64,000 nucleotides of DNA from Ascidiella aspersa (taxonomy: Eukaryota): contig OZ004613.1 of assembly GCA_963924565.1 (NCBI GenBank), forward strand, positions 1,240,001-1,304,000, read 5' to 3'. Position numbers and translations under genes: made by a program. The notes beneath the pieces are model-generated. The model ran no database searches and was not told where the DNA came from. It worked only from the letters and a program-made list of their open reading frames with translations. Within the stretch, counting starts at the first letter, position 1. Every line of letters begins with the position of its first letter. Positions 26,701-41,700 of the stretch are shown one piece after another.

Positions 26701-29700
26701 GAGATTTTCCACTCATGTGAATTAGTGAAGAAATTTCGTCAAAAATTGTACTGTTAGTGGCTTCCCAGGCCGTTTAAATGAGGATGTTGGGTTTGTATAA
26801 GGTGTAACCTAATTTTCAACACTGACTCTTTCCATTAGGACGTGCGTAATTTCAATTCTCAGTTTTCTCAAAGTTAACCCTCGTAAATTCAACTTCATGT
26901 TTGCTCATGTTTTTTACAACTTAAGTAAATTTAATTGTTTGCAGGAAACCCCTGAAGTAATAAAAGTCGATTTCATTTAGCAAGGTTCAACGCACTGTAT
27001 GCAACCTGACATCATTAACTGCCATTTTCCATTTTATGGCACATGTAAAGCTAATGAAGCACTTTGGAAATATAGTGAAGGGCCTTTAAACGGTGAGTCA
27101 CACACCGCATGAGCGCCAACTTTTTTGAAAATACACAACCGTCTATGACGCCACACAGTCACGTGTGGTCGGCGATTAATGAGTAACAATGGAGGCTCAA
27201 GGAATTAACCTGAACAAACTGGAGGTCGTTTAGTGGTTATAGTTCCGCGAACTTAGGCCTAGGACCTAAGACACTTTAAAACTTCCTTTAATCTATTTGT
27301 GGTGAAAAAAAAAGTAAAATGGTAGTTCAAATTTTAAACGTCACTCAACAACACGTTTCATATTTGAACGACCATTTTACATTTTTTCTCCTTCAAAGTA
27401 TTAGCACTAGTCATGAAGTTTGAAGTGGATAAACCTTTTTTTTAAATAGCCCTCACAACATTTTGTTCTTAACTACGTGATGGTCGCACTTGGCGTGGGT
27501 TCCAGGCTGAGCAAACACCAAGTTCTAAGTATGGATTGGAGGCCTTTATGTCCCCTGTGTGTGTGTATTAGGGGATGAGTTGTTTAAATACAGGGTTAAA
27601 ACGGGCGGGACCAAGCTACGTAAGTTAAGTGGAACAATTTAGCCCATCCGCTGGCAATATATTTGAAAGTAGGCTGGTTTCTAGGCATTTTCAACGTTGT
27701 TTTGCTATTTGTTTGTGACTTTTTTGTCCAAGTCTGTTTGTTATAGGCGACCTTATGTGTTTGGTAAAAACTAATTTGCCTGTATTATGATTAAAAATGA
27801 ATCACAAAAGTAAAACGATTTCAATTTTGATAAAAAAATTATATTATTGGTTTCGTTTAAAGTATTTTAACATATAAAAGGGTGTGAAAAAGTTATGCTT
27901 GTTTGTTGTAACAACGGTGCCTTTACAAGAAGTGAACCGAATTAGAAAGACTCTACTAAGACACTTGATTTACGCACAATGTCTAACACACTCAATCAGT
28001 CCAGTGGAAAAGTGACTTTCTCCTTACTTAGTGCCTCCAGCTTATCGATTCAAGTCACGCCTCATCCTGTTGTTGCGTCACAACTGACGTTTGTTTTGTC
28101 TCGAATGCATTATTTAAAAGCAGACTGGAGGGAAGGGGTTGGTCCCCAAACTGCTGCTACCTTTAATTAAGGTCGCACTGAATATTTAAAGTAAACCTTC
28201 TGTTGTAGTTATTTCTACCACAAATAATCAAAAATAGCTTAAATAGCAAAGGCCATAGAGAAGTAGATATCATTTTGAACGTTTCGAATAATTTTTTTTC
28301 CAAGAAGTATCTCAAACGTCCAAAACCTGTATGGGTTTTGATATTCTTACTACACGTCTAACAACAACCTTAAACCATTATGCTCCAAATCTAGTTGTTT
28401 TCACAATTGCTCATATACAGTAGATTTATAGTTTTTACAGCTAACGTTACACACGTAAAATAACCCGTGTTATTTAATAAAAAAAAAATCATTGAGCATT
28501 ACACTTTTATCACGAAAGACTCTTAAGTTTAACATCTTTAATTGTATGAATTTACTAATTTTTGTTTAGACAAATGTAAAACAAATGCCCACAGGCTGCT
28601 TGGCCCGAAAATGGTAATCATTGATTAGATAAGACTCTTATCTCAACAATAATATCTCCTAACCTAAAAACATGTTTTTTATCTTGAACCTGTTGAATGG
28701 AAACGTGTTTTAGCCTCTCGTTTTATCATTGTACTCATTTACTAAACCATTTTACTCACGACGCCTAGAAATTTATCACCGGCCATCGAAAGTGTCAAAA
28801 GTTATCGGCGTACAGCAATAAAACGTGTGCAGCCAGTCAACCTTATCACAAGCAGTAGATTTAAGTTGGTCAGTTAGCAGGACTGACCCAGTGGAACCAC
28901 TTCACTTACTGGGCGCTCTATAAACCGACACACTTCCAATGTCTTGCTCTATTTAGCCGCTATTAGCACCTTTACGGCGTGAAATCGGTTAAAGTGGAAG
29001 ATATTCGGTTTCAAGTAGCGAAAACTAAGTTACCAAATATATCAAATCCAAAACTTTACAATCGATTTATATATATTTTTGTTTACAAATGTTTAAACAG
29101 TAATTACACCAATGTTTTGGCTTTATGTTTTTTTCATTAATTGCTATGGAAATCCGTATATTACGTTCTAACTATTACGTTTTGTTGTAAAGGAATCAAA
29201 ATCTCAATTTAAGGATGACTGTCGTTTGAAAACGTGAAAACCTGACATAAAACTGGATTTTAAAGGATTCTGTTACAAACCACCACCTTTATTTGGCGCC
29301 TGTTTCAAGCAATTAGGTGCGAAATGGGTCGAATGCGGCCAAAACGTGCCACATATTGGTCCCAGTCTGTCGCCTTTCCATGCCTATAGTCGGTGGCTAT
29401 CAAATGTAAAAGCTCTCCAACCAGCGTCAGTCAGTCTAACCACTAAATTGTGTTCCTGCCAATAACTGTAAGCTGAACTTCGGATATTGACCCCTGAAGG
29501 ACTTTGCCTGCTGTTGTTGGGTTTTGCAATTAGTTGCTATTGTCTGAAAGTTGCGAATGTGGTAAAGTTGGACTCGCTGGACCTGGTGTTGATTTCACAA
29601 AAGTTTTTTCGCCTTCGTGACTCATTTAAGTGCGTTTATAATCGAATTAGTCCCTAGCTGTAGAATAATTCAAACTTTAAAAAATTATAATCAAACCTTA

Positions 29701-32700
29701 AAACATCTCATAAAGAAGGTTATTAATTATGATTTTTTTGCAATTTCCAATTGTTAGAAATAAATGTGAAATGTGCATTAAATTATTTGTGGGCCAATTA
29801 ACAAATGGCAATTTAAACAATCCGGAACTGCCATTTGTTTATTCCAACTGTGATGTCACACTCCCCATTGTCTGTTTGCTTTTGACCGAACAATATGTTT
29901 TGCGCAATCTCTCCACGCCTGCTGTGTTTTGTCGCAAAACGTCCATCCTTTATCATCGCTGTCTCACTTCATCTTATCAGATGGAATTTCTTTGGGAATT
30001 AATTTACTCGGAACCTATATGGAACAAGTTCTGTTAATATCACTACATATGTTTTCAAGTGAAAATTTGAGTCTTTTATTAAATTTCTTTGATGTTTGAC
30101 CATAGCACCTTAGGGTCATGGGTCATCTAAAAACCCTGAAAAATTATGTTTTGCGTTGCGAAATAATGGCGTGACAACTTCCAAGAGAAGTATCCAGTCC
30201 ATAGGTCACAAATAAACCGCAATATCCTACCCCACCCCTTTTCACTATTAAATCACCGCTGAATTAGATTTGCTTCGTAAGAGGAGCATCTCATCGCATC
30301 GCAAATCACCAACTCAAAGAAAAGTTGAATTAAACCCGGTTGAATCTTGTCCCTAATGTAAAGGTGACTTCTTAATTCAATTACGAGCTTAAATTCCGGC
30401 GGCTGCACCTTTTTGTTATCGCTTGATTCGGGAAAACTTTTGAACGTCCCAGCTGATTTATTGCCGCCCTTCTTCGTCACACAATCGAGTCTTACGTCAC
30501 AGTAGACCTTATTTGAAGGATGCTGTTGGTTTTGTGCGAATGTTCAGTACACCGGATCCTATGTGCTTGGATCTAACAAAAGATTGTGTATTGTGTGAGT
30601 CTTTACCATTGTAGACGTGACATTGTGACCTGAACTTACACTTAACCTTGAGAAACAGCGAAAATATGAGATAATTTTTACCTTTTTCAAGCTTTCACAA
30701 AACATTTTGTCTATTTTTATTTAATTTTGCTATTCTGTGCCATCTAATAAGTTCTGTTTTGAAATATTACCGACTATTTTGCTTTAATATTTCTTGACTG
30801 TTGTTATTACCTTACCAAAACAGAAGTGTATTGTTGAAATGAAGTTTGTTTTCTAACTGTACAAAGTCAAGGGTATTGTTGCTCTTCAGTTGTGTTTGCG
30901 TTAATCTATTTTAGACAAAATCATACCCAAGTAAAATATTATCCTGCCCTTGTGAATTCACAACAAAGTAAAAAGGAAATATCTTTCCCAAATAAAAAAA
31001 AAAAACGTGTGGTTTGTATTTGTGCGACAACCACAAGTTTCAAAACAGAAATCGATTCTAATCTTCACAAATTGTTACACATTAGGCTTAAATGTTCAAC
31101 CTACAAGTACCCTTGAGTATTGGGGCTTGTCATTTCTTTGGCATTTTCACTGTTAAACCCTTGCTACACCCATTTACCATTGTGTGGGTTACACGTTTTA
31201 CTTGGCACCCAGCCAACACCCTTTTTTAGCTATTGTGGATCAGTAAAACTACAACTTACTTCACCAAATGGCATGTAAAACACACCTATAACGTTTCGTA
31301 AAACCACTTTTTTTCCAATAAAAATTACTTTTTTTCCAATATTCCGTCTAAAAACATACCTAGAGACATATTCTGAAGGTTAACTATCCCCAATTAAAGC
31401 AATCAATTCACGGTTTTAAAATTCTTTACAGCTTATAAGCGACCTTCAGTACAATAAGGTGAACTTTCGACACTAAAGATACACGATTCAACCCCGACCC
31501 CCCCTTCCATGTTATTTCCTTTGTACCCGGCCATTAAGAAAGTAAAAGGTGTCCACTGGGAAGATATACAAGGCCACCAAAAGTGCCGACAGTCGTACGA
31601 GGTCCACAGCACACGAACACTCGCCTTAACATCGCCCTTAGCATGTTTGTGCTATCAGGTGTCTGGTTTAACACGGTGGCCCCCGAGCAAATCGTGTATT
31701 GGTGAGCTACCTGTGTTTACCCTCGAAACATTGGGGTTGGTGAAAAGGATTTTTTGTCGGATGTGTCCTCTACTTACCTGCGTGTTTGTGTGGGCTTAAC
31801 TAGAACATTGAGTGGATCGACACCTTTGCATTTCCCACTTATTAGTAATGTCGCAGGAATCTCATATTACTATCATTGTACATGTAATTAGAGAATAATA
31901 TAATAACTCGGTTAATAACATTTAAGCAGGTTAATTAGAAAGGAATAAATATACGCCTAAAACTGTCTTGTACACAATGATTTCACGTTAAAACTAACGG
32001 TGGTTGTTCAAATGAATGAAAAAAGCAATGCTGTATTTATGCTGGAAAATGTTTAGAATTATATATCGTCTAAAATCCTATTGTATATCCACAGAACAAA
32101 CTACCAGTATAATCCGCCAAAAGCCTATTTTAAAGTTGGTACAAAAGTTCATGTTTAAAACTAATATTTATTCGTGAAAATTCCTAACACTTGTTTATCC
32201 TTAAATCCCAAAGTATACTCACAAATCCAATTCCCGGAATAATCTGTCAGAATCCGATTTTGTTCATTAAACTGTAATATTGGTGTAAAATACACTTTTC
32301 AGCTGTGGCCCGGTTTGTATAAAAAATCGAAATGGTTTTAAAGCTAAAATTATTTTTTAATAATATCCCGAAATGAATAAATCTTGGAAACCAGTGAACA
32401 TACCCACGAACCCACCCCGATGTAATCCGCACCCGAGCTGATACGATTTCGACGCCGCGCAAAATCGAAACGGCATAAACCCCTCTTTATGACGCGACAA
32501 AGGGCGTTTGTTTGATTCGCGCCATTATCCGACGTTCCGTGTTTATCTTGGCTCGTCACCGGGCAGCCAAGACTCCCCCGAAAATAATCGCCTAATCTCT
32601 TTGTTTGCACTTGTCCCGTAATAATCTCGCCCCAATCCTGTCTGTGACGTAACACACGAACAACAGAGCCACTTCTTAGGGGTAAAAGCGAGGGGTGAAT

Positions 32701-35700
32701 TGTGGGGTGCGGCCCCTTGTTAATCCCACGCAGGGGTGTTTTCTCAATAGCACCCCTCAATCATTATCCTATTGCTTCGTGTGGAAGCGATTGAAACGTC
32801 AAACTCCTTAATTCCAGGTCAGTGTGGAAGCTATTCATGGATGTTCAAGCGTGCTGGCTTGTATTTGAAGTTTTAAGTTGAGTTTTAAGTACGGTGGACC
32901 AATATAGATGTGCGAACTAGTTTTACCACAATAGGCTTGTCTTGTATTTGTTTTATGACTCTTTAAAAGCCCTATCACCTAGCCATGTTAAATACAAATA
33001 TAAACCCCTTGTCCCAATTTACAAGTGTTCTCAAGACTTGTCTTATTCGTATATATTTTTTTCTAAATCTACTACTTTACCCCACTAGATGACCCTTGTT
33101 AATTAACTAAGAAGTGGCAAATGTCTTTTATATCTTGAGCTGATTTGCTGAAAGTAGTTTGAATCACAACGCCTCTTGTATTTGTTGCACCCTTCACTCC
33201 ACCTACCGCTTAAGACGCCTCTTGTTAATTAACAAGACTTAAGCGCACTTGTATCAACTCGACGTTGTCTGAAGTTGTTCTTGTGCAAGGTTACACATTC
33301 CTTTTCTTAATTCCCTCTATTAAAGTACCACGTTTTTTAACACTAGTGTAACCCACACATAGAGGTTGCTAAATGTAATGGTTCTTTAAGACAAATTGCT
33401 GTATTTCTATCAGAAGGTTGGTTTTGTTATTTAACATCAAAAGCCAGAAAAAGTAAATCAATTAAAAACCCTTAAAGTTGAACCCAGAAATCACACAGAA
33501 CCACAACTACAACTGTGGCTTTAGTTTTAACGAGAAAGCAAAAGTTTTCCAACTGTGGTTTTTCGAGTCCAGGCAGCTTAGGTACTTAAACGTGATTCCA
33601 ATCCAGCAGTTGGATCCTATCGAAATAAACCAGGCTCCTTTGGCGATTTCTGCCAAACACTCGATTCGAGGGCCTCTCCAACTCGGCACTTGTTTTCATC
33701 ACAATGCCCACTCTTGTTACGTCACCAATGCCTTTATTCGTCATCGGATTTGGGGATGTTTATTTTCGGCGGTCTGGAATCGCTTGAATCGGTCGCGCTT
33801 GGATGCGGAGTGTTCGGCGGATGAATACCAACATCTTGGCATGCAAGGCGAAAACTGACGACATCAATTTAAGTGTTATTTTAAGCTGTTAATTGTGGAA
33901 AAAGGATTTTTAAATATGTCAAAACGAGGCTAAACTCGTTCGGAAAAACGCGTGGTGTTAACTTAACACTGTTTGAATATTTTTTCGTTTTTGCCAATTT
34001 TTCGGGAATTTCTGTGGTAAATTTACAAAGATAATGTACGTCAATTAGGAAAATGGGCACTGAACTCTTTAAAATACCAAAAACTGTAAAATAAGTTGTT
34101 AAAAAAATTTACAAAAAAACTATAGGACCGCGCACATTTTATTTTGCACAAATACAGTTATTGGACATTCAACGACCTATTGACGAACTTTAATTAATTT
34201 TTCTTCCGTTGGTCCAAGTCCCTTATCGGAGGTGAATTATTCATCGGAGTTCGGATGAGGAGGCCGATTAATATTTCACAAAGTTCTTGTTATTTCAAGC
34301 GATAAGAGCAAGTATGTGGGTTCGAACTTGTTTGTATTTGTCAAGCAATTAGCGCTGCTCATAATTCGACGAACAAAAGCCATTTGTGGTTGACTAATGT
34401 TTGCTGATACCGATAACAACGGTGACACTGCAAGTTTTTTTTACATTAGTCCAGTTAACATGGCTTCAAACGGTCTTTTTTTGAAAAAAACACGGCATTA
34501 TAAGCATATCAATTGTCCTAATTTTACCTTGAATATTGTACACTTACCAGTTGCGTGAACAAAAAAGTGCTAAAAAAATTTATAGGATTAAAAGCATATA
34601 AACACATCGATGTATTTTTTGTTGTGAATCTAGTTGTTTTCAATGGGTTACTGAACAACCTTTCCCTATGAGATATTGTTTACCATTTTAAACAAAAACA
34701 CAGATTTTATCTACAAACTGGGGCGTTCAGTGCCTTATTGTGATTTACTTCCGGTAAAATCACTTCCTATCTGCATTTTCCCACGACCAAATAACCCCAA
34801 GGCGCTGAATTGCGAATATTATCTTCAAAAGGGTTAATTTGATGTTTTTGGGATATAAGATGCTATATATTATTACTGCTTGATAGAAAAGAATACTATC
34901 CGGCGAATCCAGCCATCACATTGGATTTTTTAATTTCAAACTCTGAGGTATGAATCAATAAATAGGCAAAGGCCAAACTGCATTACCAGGTGTAATGTTG
35001 GCTTCTGTAGATGCGATCACATCTTACGTGGAAACTTATCTGCGTGGCAAATTGGCGCACGATAATGTCGGGAAATGTGGGAAGATCATTTCGAACATCA
35101 CAACTCAGTGAGAAAGGCATTTTTGTTGTAAAGTCACACCATTTTAATGCCAACTCGTTGATTTCAGGTTTCGTTTTGCCTAGCAAACGTTTAACACTAA
35201 AAACGTTACTTCAAGGCAAAACTGAAAATTGTCTTAAAATAATTCATGAATTCCCCAAAGTCTTGAAAAAAAAAATTTCGCAAAGTTTTAAAATAAGAGC
35301 AGAAATCTCTCTATTTTTTTCTTAAACGAAATGCGACTAAGGTTTATTTAAGGGCGTGTCTTTCGGAGGTGTTGAAATCACCTTTTTCACTCCCATAAAA
35401 CTTTTGGCCGCCTTTACTTCACGAGTTTATTGCTGGAAGAAGTTTGACTTTTTAGTTTCAACAATATTTAGTCGCGTCTGTCAGTGCGTAGGGAGGGACG
35501 AGATTTAATTTTGACTTGGTGGTGATTTTTGGGCCGGGAACCCAACCTATCCACTTTTTGTGTTGTGATTTATGCGAAGTTTAAGCCGAACCCTGGTTTG
35601 TCGTGATGATTGATTTATCAAATCCGGCAGCGGTTTGGAAATTTTGAACAAAATTACTCGCAATGTCTTATCATGTTCTCAATTACTATGCCCAGCTGTG

Positions 35701-38700
35701 CCCAGTAATAGACCTTATATTGAATAATGTTCCGTGTTATAAATTGTCTTTTAATAAATACAATATTTGTTTCAGACTTGTCGGCTGAGAGCTTTACATT
35801 TCCAAACGGGGACAGATACAAGTCGATGTCGTTACAAGATGGATCACTTTACATCGGTGGAAAAGGACATGTGTACATTAGGTCATCTGGTAAGTTGGTC
35901 AGCTAAATCTTCCGACAAATATGCAGGGATAACATTATAAGCTGCTACTATGGAGTAAATAATCGCAGTTACAAATGTAAACACGTGCAAGTAATGTAAG
36001 GCTTGTATACTTAACTCAACGTCATCTATATAAAAAAACCTGTGTCTTTGTTAGTTTCTAGGTATCAAATGGTAATAATTGAGCCTAGAGCAACAATAGA
36101 GATTTCTAAATACCACGTGTATGCCGTTTTTATGTTTGCAAACCCATTTATCTTGGCAAAGTCAGGAGTTTTGTGGATTCTTCGGTTTATTAGACGACAA
36201 TAGCATTGTGCGTTTTTGATGCAACAAGGATTCATTATTTCTTGGTGAAAGCTTAATAGCAAATCTGTGATGATGCTAGTTAGCATCGATTGACAAATAT
36301 AAAGATGAAAAGAATTTGCAAAATTATTTTTATCTTTATATTCGCCAAATTGATGCTAAAAACAATTGTTTAAGATTATTTTCTAAATGGGCCGATTTTA
36401 AATAAGGCGTTGATTTTCCATTGACACATTTCTTCTTGTACATTAATGTTTTACAATCTTGCAACCTAAGTTTGTAAAACAAGTTTGGAACGAGTAGGCG
36501 GGTTTGTTAACCATTAACCATTAACCATTAACCGTACGTGGGCTCACTTAATTTTATTGAGCAAACTAAAAGCTGTAAGTTGAACACTGGCGATGTTTGA
36601 CTTGGTTTTATCTTTTAGTTTTACCCTTAATGTGTTGCTTGCGTTATTTTCAATACATTGAAAGTTACTTTCCAAGCTTAAGGTTTCATGTGGTCGTTTA
36701 GGCAACTAGCACTCCTAACCGTCCCTTTTTGTGTTACCACTGTTTTACTAAAATAACTGGCGTTACTGTAAAAATCTAAAACTGTTAGTGACTTTGAAAC
36801 ATTAGCAATTTAAAAAATATACATAAGATAAATATGTCAAGTTTAACGCAGTAGCCAAACTTTTTTTAAAGTATGTCTGTTATATTTAGTTTTATTATCT
36901 GCGTCGAACTGCAATAATTTCAAAAGAGTGAATTTAGTCTGTTCAATATACAGTAAAGAAACACTCCTTTTAGCGGCAGCAAATTTGATTTGTAGCTCGT
37001 AACACTTCAAAAAAAAAAAAATATGAAAATCTGAAGATTCCCCAGATTTCGTTGTTAAACCCTATATTTTCTTGCAGCCAACAAAACTGGTAACTTTAGA
37101 ACAATAGCAATTTCTAAAATATACACAAGAAAGCAAGTTAAATTTAACACAGATTTGATCTTTATTCATTTTCAACAAAATTATTTTAAAAAGCAAATTA
37201 TAATAATTTCAATAGGCTCGTTAAGTTTATTTAGTTCAGGGATGTCCAACCTGCGGCCCGCCTGATATTTACATGCGGCCCACCACTTATTCTTACTTAC
37301 AGTAGCCTTTATTAAACACAATCGTTTCGACTATTATCAAAACGTGTGCAACGCGCAGTATTTGATGGAGGCCTAATCGCGGCCCACTCTGCTAAAAGGT
37401 TGGACATCCCTGATTTCGTTCAATATACAGCAACATAAACCTCGTTTGGATACCGGACCAAGTTTGATTTATGAGTCGTGCCATTCACTAAAAACAAGCG
37501 AAAATTATGCTAGATTCGGTTCCTTTAACCCTATATTTTCTTGCAGCCAACATCTCAGAGATGCAGAGAAGCACAGTTGTGTGGGAAGCAAGCCAGGAGG
37601 ATCGTGATAACTGCCTTCAGCTTCCTGAGAGCTACAAGGGACCGATGGGAGATTACTGCTTCAACTATGTGCGAAGTGTGGTTCCTTACAACAACACACA
37701 CATGATTATGTGCGGAACTCAAGCTGTCAGTCCTAAAAACATGTTCCTCGATATTAAGGTGGGTTTTACGTATTTATGTATTGGTGTTTCAAAAGTGGAA
37801 CACCTATTTTTACCAGAGAAGAAGATGATAAGCAATTCTTTGTAAAATAGAGCATTTTTTTAAAGGTCTTACCGTGTTTTAAATTGAATTTCTTGTTGGA
37901 TTTTTTTCCTAATTGACTAATTCAAAAGGTGAAAAATAAGCTTGCACTCTCTTTTTACCAATAGCAAAAAAAAAAATTTTATTAAAAAACAAAAGAGTCG
38001 TTAATAAGTAAAGCAAATTATCAAGAAGCTGATTTTACGCATATAAGCACAACGTCCTAATCGGCTCGTTTCACTTCTTTTAGAGCTCAACGGTTCTCCC
38101 GGACACGTTTGTTAGCGCCCCCTTGTGTAGCCACAACCCCAGCGACATTGTGACGTCACAACGGGTTAGCGAGGGGGGCGCGTTCTCGGGTTTCGTGGCG
38201 ACTTCGATCGCTACAAGTGGGAAGCCGAAAATTGTGAAGAACCTTCCCAACAACCAAGTTCTACAGACAAGTGCAGGCGCTGGGAAGATGCTCAGTGGTG
38301 AGTGGAATTAACAAAGACACATTTGTACACGGACAAAATGCCATAAGGGTAGACTGACACAAGGACAAAATGACACAGGTCCAAAATGACACGTTAACAA
38401 AATGACAAGGGTAAAAAGACACTCGGCAAAATGACAGATTGACAAAATGACACATTGGCAAAATGACACAATGGCAAAATGACTTGCGGAAAAACATGCA
38501 TATACACTGAGTTATCGTTGTCTTTTTTTGTAAAGTGCGAGATGGTCTTTACTTTTATGCCAAAATAAATTGCCTCCTTTGGTCGGGATACAATGTTCGA
38601 TTAAAAAAAAACGCAGAACATTTCTCGTACATTTTCATGAACCAGAAACGGGCTTAACTTTTAAAAGTTTAAGCTGATTAAACAACGCAAATCCCCACAA

Positions 38701-41700
38701 TTACTGATTACCTAGTTAAGTGTCACATTAACCTTGAAGCCAAGTTGCGAAATAAGTACTTTGCCCTCTGATAAGATCCCACTAACAAATTGTTGCGCAC
38801 CAATTACTTATTATATTCTGGCAAACACTTGTATCAACCCAACACCCGCAAGGTTAAATAAAGTTCACATGTAAAACGTGTACAAGAGATTTGAATTTGC
38901 AGAATCACTTTTAAATTTAGTGTTTTTTGTGACGCAAGCTTATGACGTCACTATTTTATGATGTCGGCAAACTTGTTTTACGATTATCGAAAAATCCGCC
39001 CCGAAAACCTAACATAAGCCAGCTACAACCCTAGAACTCCCCTTTTTTTTTTAAAGTCGCGCACGTCTGGTCTTTCTTTGGAAGTTGCTTTTAAACTCAA
39101 CACATTTTTAGGGTTTGTTAAAAGGTGTAAAAAACACAATCCTATCGCTTGTTAGAGATTACACAGCGACTAATTTGCGATTTTTGTGTTATATTTTATT
39201 TTTCTTACACGTCTAAAAAGTAATAAATCTAACACTGAAGAAAAATACAATAAAAATGTTTAAAGAAATCGGTTGAAAATCGGTTGAACGTATAAATATC
39301 CAAAATGTTATATATTTAGTGTAATTTATTATGATCTTGTATGTTTCCAGGCAACGTCGATTTCGTGTCGTCATTCACCGCTGATGACGTCATGGATGGG
39401 AGGAAGATGAAAAAGGTTTACGTCATCTTCAACGAGAAAAGCCAAGAACAAGCGGGAACCAGGATCGCACAGGTAGCTACAATTTGAATCAAAACAAACT
39501 CGATTCGAGCTTATTACGTCACAATGCCAAATTGTTGGACAAACGATAGTCCACAATTCAGTTCCTTATTTAAGTTGCCACCCACTCATTTTTAATGACT
39601 CACCAAAAATAAAGCCCGACCCTACATAAAAAGATTAAAAGGTGGTTGTGAAAAATATTTTCAATCAAAACAAACTCAATTTGAGCTTATTACGTCACAA
39701 TGCCTAATTGTTGGACAAACGCCAGTCCGCAATTCAGTTATTTTATCCCAGATCCTTATTTTAGTTGCAACCCACTCATTTTTACTGACTTACGAAAAAA
39801 TAAACCCGACCCTACATAAAAGATTGAAAGGTGGTTGTAAAAAGATTTTAAATCAAAATAAAAGTCGCCTAGGTTTATTTACGTCACAATTCCCAAACAA
39901 TTGCAGGACAAACCCTATTCCGCATTTCGGTTCCCTTGCCTAGTTCCTTTTTTAGTTGATTAAGGGATGAAAAAACACGTTCAAGGGTTAATTTCAAATC
40001 AAATTACACGTCACCTGGCTTTTTTACGCCACATTTACCTTTAAAAGTCCCCAAAACATTGGAAATCCCTCAGTTTAACTGCTGTAAACGTTGCGTGCGA
40101 ACTAAAGTAAAATGGTTCCCATGCGAATGGTGTAACGTGTGAGTGTTAAATCTACAACAAATACATCAAGAAAGGCTCGAATTCAATCTTGTTGCAAGGT
40201 TTTTTTTAATGGTTCCTTATCGTGGTTTAGTTCCATATATTAGTTGCCAACCTTTTGTGAGTAAGTATCCGCACTTTGTGCCATTCTAATGTCAACCAAA
40301 GGTTTTGATGACCGGGCTTTTCACCATAACACCAACAATTGTTGCTTATTGTGCGAAACCGTTTGAAGCCATCTTGGAAACCCCGATCTAACCTATTGTG
40401 TTAAGTTTCACAAGCCTCGTTAAACGATAAAATATCTTTGTTGTCGGGTAAATTTGGAACGAAAAGTTCGCGTCATGGGGAACTCGTCTCACTTAATTCT
40501 CCTTTAAATATTATTTCGTATTTTCGATTACAATTTATTTTTAGCTAAAAAGTCACAACTAACTAAGCGGAAATATTGCGAAAACTAAATAAGCAGATCA
40601 TTTCATTGAAGCGTCCTTTAGTACCATAGAAATGTTATTCAATTTGTCATTGGATAGGGAAATAATGCTGCGTTATTAACAATTATAGTTTTTTTTTAAT
40701 TTCAAAGAGGGAGTATTTCAAAATTCGTATAAATTTATTTTAAAAAACCTGTCAATAAGCAATTAACTATAGAATTGCCAATTTGACAACCCTGTATTAT
40801 CGAGATATCGTCCACGATACGATATTATCGGACGTTTTCGAACTCCTTATCGCATTAAAATAATAAAATTCCTTAAAAACTGTTTAAATGTTGAATAAAT
40901 TTTGTATTTTAATCAGCTAACATCTATAATATCCTCAATTACCCATATATCGGTCAGTATACGATACTATCGTACTTCCAGGTTTGTGCGAACGACCAGG
41001 GCGGAAGTTGGAAGGAATCTGACTTCACGTCCTTCCTCAAGGTGGCGCTAGTGTGCGAGGTGAGTGGAACAACTCCGTTCCGCTTCAGTAGCGCTACTGA
41101 CGTCACGTTCACCGAGTCCGGGATCATATACGGGACGTTTTATTCAAAGGTGAGAAAGTAATTTTTTATCTTTTTTTTATATTGTTTGTTGTTTTCCCTA
41201 ATATTAACTTAAAACTGTTTATTTTTAATGGTATGTAGTTAGGTGATTAAAAGGTAATTTTTCTTTTCAGGTCTTTTTGAGAATCTTTTTCACGGGTTGT
41301 TTTTTACACTTGAAAATGTAGAATATTTAAACATTTTCATAACAACCTAATTAAAAGATACCCTAAAAATATATTTTGTTTTAATTTGTTGCAATCAGCA
41401 AAAAGTACGAAAAAAAACAAAAAACATAGACGTTATCTAAAATTTATTCTGACCAAAACAATAGTGATTTCTCAAACAATTAATCATATAGTTCCTCTAA
41501 TTATGAACTTTGCTTTATTTTACTTGTAAGGGGTGGCTTGGTTTTCAAAAGTAAGTTATCAAATGTAAGACTCGAAAATAGATTTTGAAAATCCAGTAAA
41601 GGCCGAAAGTTCATTCAAGCGGAACGTTACCACAGCGGTACAAAGGTTTACTGTTGTACACAAAATTCCCCGCAATTACGTAAATCCAGGCTCTAGTTAC

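Noticed and set aside
5100-35700. Dozens of 60-136-aa ORFs in the intergenic region and long intron
   Set aside because: No domain motifs, AT-biased composition, often non-ATG starts and no coherent exon chains. The exception is the signal-peptide exon 17717-17843.
38330-39960. CRISPR-like appearance of the spaced repeats
   Set aside because: Eukaryotic intron, degenerate repeats, no unique constant-length spacers and no cas genes.
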